From Candidatus Phoenicimicrobium oleiphilum (GTDB lineage: Bacteria; Atribacterota; Phoenicimicrobiia; Phoenicimicrobiales; Phoenicimicrobiaceae), in assembly GCA_039638295.1 (NCBI GenBank), contig JBDIWJ010000022.1, positions 1 to 26,471 of the forward strand: a stretch of 26,471 bases of DNA. The letters are read 5' to 3'. The notes beneath the pieces were generated by a model, which saw only the letters and a list, made by a program, of their open reading frames with translations, ran no database searches and had not been told where the DNA came from. The first letter of the stretch is position 1, and each line of letters opens with the position of its first letter. Shown here in pieces: positions 24,544 through 26,471 of this stretch. Both the position numbers and the translations under genes were made by a program.

Positions 24544-25887
24544 ATTACATCACCGGTTAAAATAATAAAAGAAGAAAAATTATCACCACCTCAGGTCTTA
24601 CTATTAGGATTTCTGACAGTAATTATCATAGGGACTATACTTCTTAACCTGCCTGCTGCTTCCAGCACAGGTAAGAGTGTCGGTTTTATTAATGCCCTTT
24701 TCACTGCCACTTCTGCCACCTGTGTTACCGGATTAATTGTTTTAGACACTGGGAAGGATTTCTCTACTTTTGGGCAATTAACCATTCTAATACTTTTGCA
24801 ATGTGGTGGATTAGGGATAATGACTATGTCCACTATGTTTGCCTTTTTAATGGGTAAAAAAATCTCTTTAAGGCAAAGATTAATAATGCAAGAATCCTTA
24901 AATCAATTTTCTATTGGCGGTTTAGTTCGCTTAGCCAAATATATTTTGATATTTACTGTAATTATCGAAGGTGTAGGGGCAACTATTCTGTTCTTTTGCT
25001 GGCAAAGATTTTATTCACCTATCAAGGCATTATACCTGGGAGTCTTTCATTCTATCTCTGCCTTTTGTAATGCTGGATTTTCTCTCTTCTCAGATAGTAT
25101 AATGCGTTATAAAGGAGATTTAACCATTAACCTGACTTTTATGGCTCTAATTATATTAGGAGGAATTGGATTTTTGGTGTTATTAGAACTTTTTCAATAC
25201 GGGAAAAACGGCACTCTTTCTTTGCACGCCAAATTAGCTTTAAAAATCAGTCTCATACTTATTCTAATCGGTTTTATAGGTATATACCTTATAGAATCTA
25301 ACAATCCTTTTACTCTGAGTAATCTTAATCTTTCAGAAAAGATATATGGTTCAATCTTCCAATCAGTTACTGCCCGTACTGCAGGTTTTAATACTATACA
25401 TATTGGAAGTATGTTAAATCCTACCCTATTTTTAATTATAATATTAATGTTCATAGGGGCTTCTCCAGGTTCTACTGGTGGAGGAGTCAAAACCACTACC
25501 TTTGGATTACTTATATTATATGTTTGGTCTTCCTTAACCGGGAAGGAAGGAATAAATCTTTTTAAGAGGAGAGTTTCTCCTGATATAATTCCTAAAGCAT
25601 TAACTGTTATTACCCTTTCCCTTGCCCTGGTTATCACTATGACTATTCTATTATCCTATGTAGAAGGAAAAGATTTCATAAAAATTTTATTTGAAGTTGT
25701 TTCTGCTTTTGGCACAGTAGGATTATCAACAGGCATCACTCCATCTCTGAGTGTGGCTGGAAAAATTATAATTATCATCACAATGTTTAGTGGGAGAGTT
25801 GGTCCTCTGGGTCTGGCTTTATCATTGATTAAAAAAAGAGAACCAGAAGTAATTAAATATCCTGAAGAGAAGGTTATGGTAGGATGA
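24544..25887 (+). CDS. ktrB: KtrB/TrkH-family K+ uptake membrane subunit, probable non-canonical ATT start
   Basis: Frame extends 84 codons upstream of the track's TTG and encodes LSPPQVLLLGF...ALFTATSATCVTGL; also SAFCNAGF, TARTAGF, GASPGSTGGGVKTTT, SAFGTVGLSTG and GRVGPL; GAGGT RBS 7 nt before ATT. Confidence 0.88.
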   Translation: MTSPVKIIKEEKLSPPQVLLLGFLTVIIIGTILLNLPAASSTGKSVGFINALFTATSATCVTGLIVLDTGKDFSTFGQLTILILLQCGGLGIMTMSTMFAFLMGKKISLRQRLIMQESLNQFSIGGLVRLAKYILIFTVIIEGVGATILFFCWQRFYSPIKALYLGVFHSISAFCNAGFSLFSDSIMRYKGDLTINLTFMALIILGGIGFLVLLELFQYGKNGTLSLHAKLALKISLILILIGFIGIYLIESNNPFTLSNLNLSEKIYGSIFQSVTARTAGFNTIHIGSMLNPTLFLIIILMFIGASPGSTGGGVKTTTFGLLILYVWSSLTGKEGINLFKRRVSPDIIPKALTVITLSLALVITMTILLSYVEGKDFIKILFEVVSAFGTVGLSTGITPSLSVAGKIIIIITMFSGRVGPLGLALSLIKKREPEVIKYPEEKVMVG

Positions 25888-26040
25888 AAATAAATTGCCC
25901 AATTAGCCAATCTAACAATTCACCAATTGCCTTACATAGTAGTTTACCTATTTACCGGTTAGTTAGTTGCCAGGTCAATTTAGACCTTAGTGGGACAGGC
26001 TAAGTGAAAACAGCAAAGGCTTGTCGTATTAATATACAAG

Positions 26041-26094
26041 GGGTTCGATTTATCGATCCCGCAAGAAATCGGAGCGGATAAATCCGCCCCCTGC
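26041..26094. repeat. Tandem REP doublet
   Basis: GGGTTCGATTTATCGATCCC ... GCGGATAAATCCGC. Confidence 0.7.
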
Positions 26095-26255
26095 CCAAAA
26101 TAAGAATAATGATATAATAATATAACAATAAACTAACATTTGAAAACCCGATAACCGTAAACTTATAATTCGCAACTATAAACCCGTAATCTGTAATTTT
26201 AATTGGTAAATTAGCGAATTGGTCAATTGGTCAATTTTATAAGGAGGTAATTTTC

Positions 26256-26471
26256 GTGAAACAATTTATAGTTCTCGGTTTAGGCAGATTTGGTTCAGCA
26301 GTAGCCACCACTTTAGCAGAAATGGGACATGAAGTCCTGGGGGTAGATACTGATGTTGAAAGAATAAATGACCTAAAAAATAAAATTACTGAAGTTGTTC
26401 AGGCAGATATTTCTGATGAAAAGGTATTGACCGAACTAGGGGCAAAAAATTTTGACGCAGCAATTGTAGGA
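26256..26471 (+). CDS. ktrA: KtrA/TrkA-family RCK regulatory subunit, 5' part truncated by the window edge
   Basis: AAGGAGGT RBS and GTG start; MKQFIVLGLGRFGSAVATTLAEMGHEVLGVD...FDAAIVG. Confidence 0.9.
   Translation, partial: MKQFIVLGLGRFGSAVATTLAEMGHEVLGVDTDVERINDLKNKITEVVQADISDEKVLTELGAKNFDAAIVG

Noticed and set aside
26041..26094. GGTTCGA resembling a tRNA T-loop (also at 15096)
   Set aside because: Part of REP palindromes; no cloverleaf, D-arm or acceptor stem

Overview
AT-rich bacterial chromosomal window from an anaerobe. AOR, SpoVS, Asp23 and DUF4384-PEGA genes suggest a Firmicutes-like or Atribacterota-like lineage (inference). The left part holds small accessory genes (DUF3887 alpha/beta hydrolase, DUF6804-like, DUF456, hemolysin III), a 4Fe-4S protein + aldehyde:ferredoxin oxidoreductase pair, an MFS transporter, lpdA and a DUF4384-PEGA protein. 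The middle holds hup, Asp23, spoVS, a B12-binding radical SAM enzyme and an FmdB zinc-ribbon protein. The right part holds two divergent riboswitch-led units. First, a c-di-GMP-I riboswitch precedes three predicted exported proteins: a PsbP/DcrB-like + zinc-ribbon protein with a degenerate Arg-Gly repeat region, a signal-peptide-bearing TPR-CHAT (caspase-like) protease with intact His/Cys motifs, and a tandem PsbP-like protein. This is the best candidate for an undescribed system. Second, a c-di-AMP (ydaO) riboswitch precedes a K+ uptake cluster: a deletion-derived trkA::trkH chimera, a ktrB that seems to lack a canonical start codon, and ktrA. Intergenic DNA is rich in GTAG-type REP palindromes, degenerate 7/8-mer arrays, a recurring sigma-H-like promoter motif and a duplicated ~150-bp promoter cassette.
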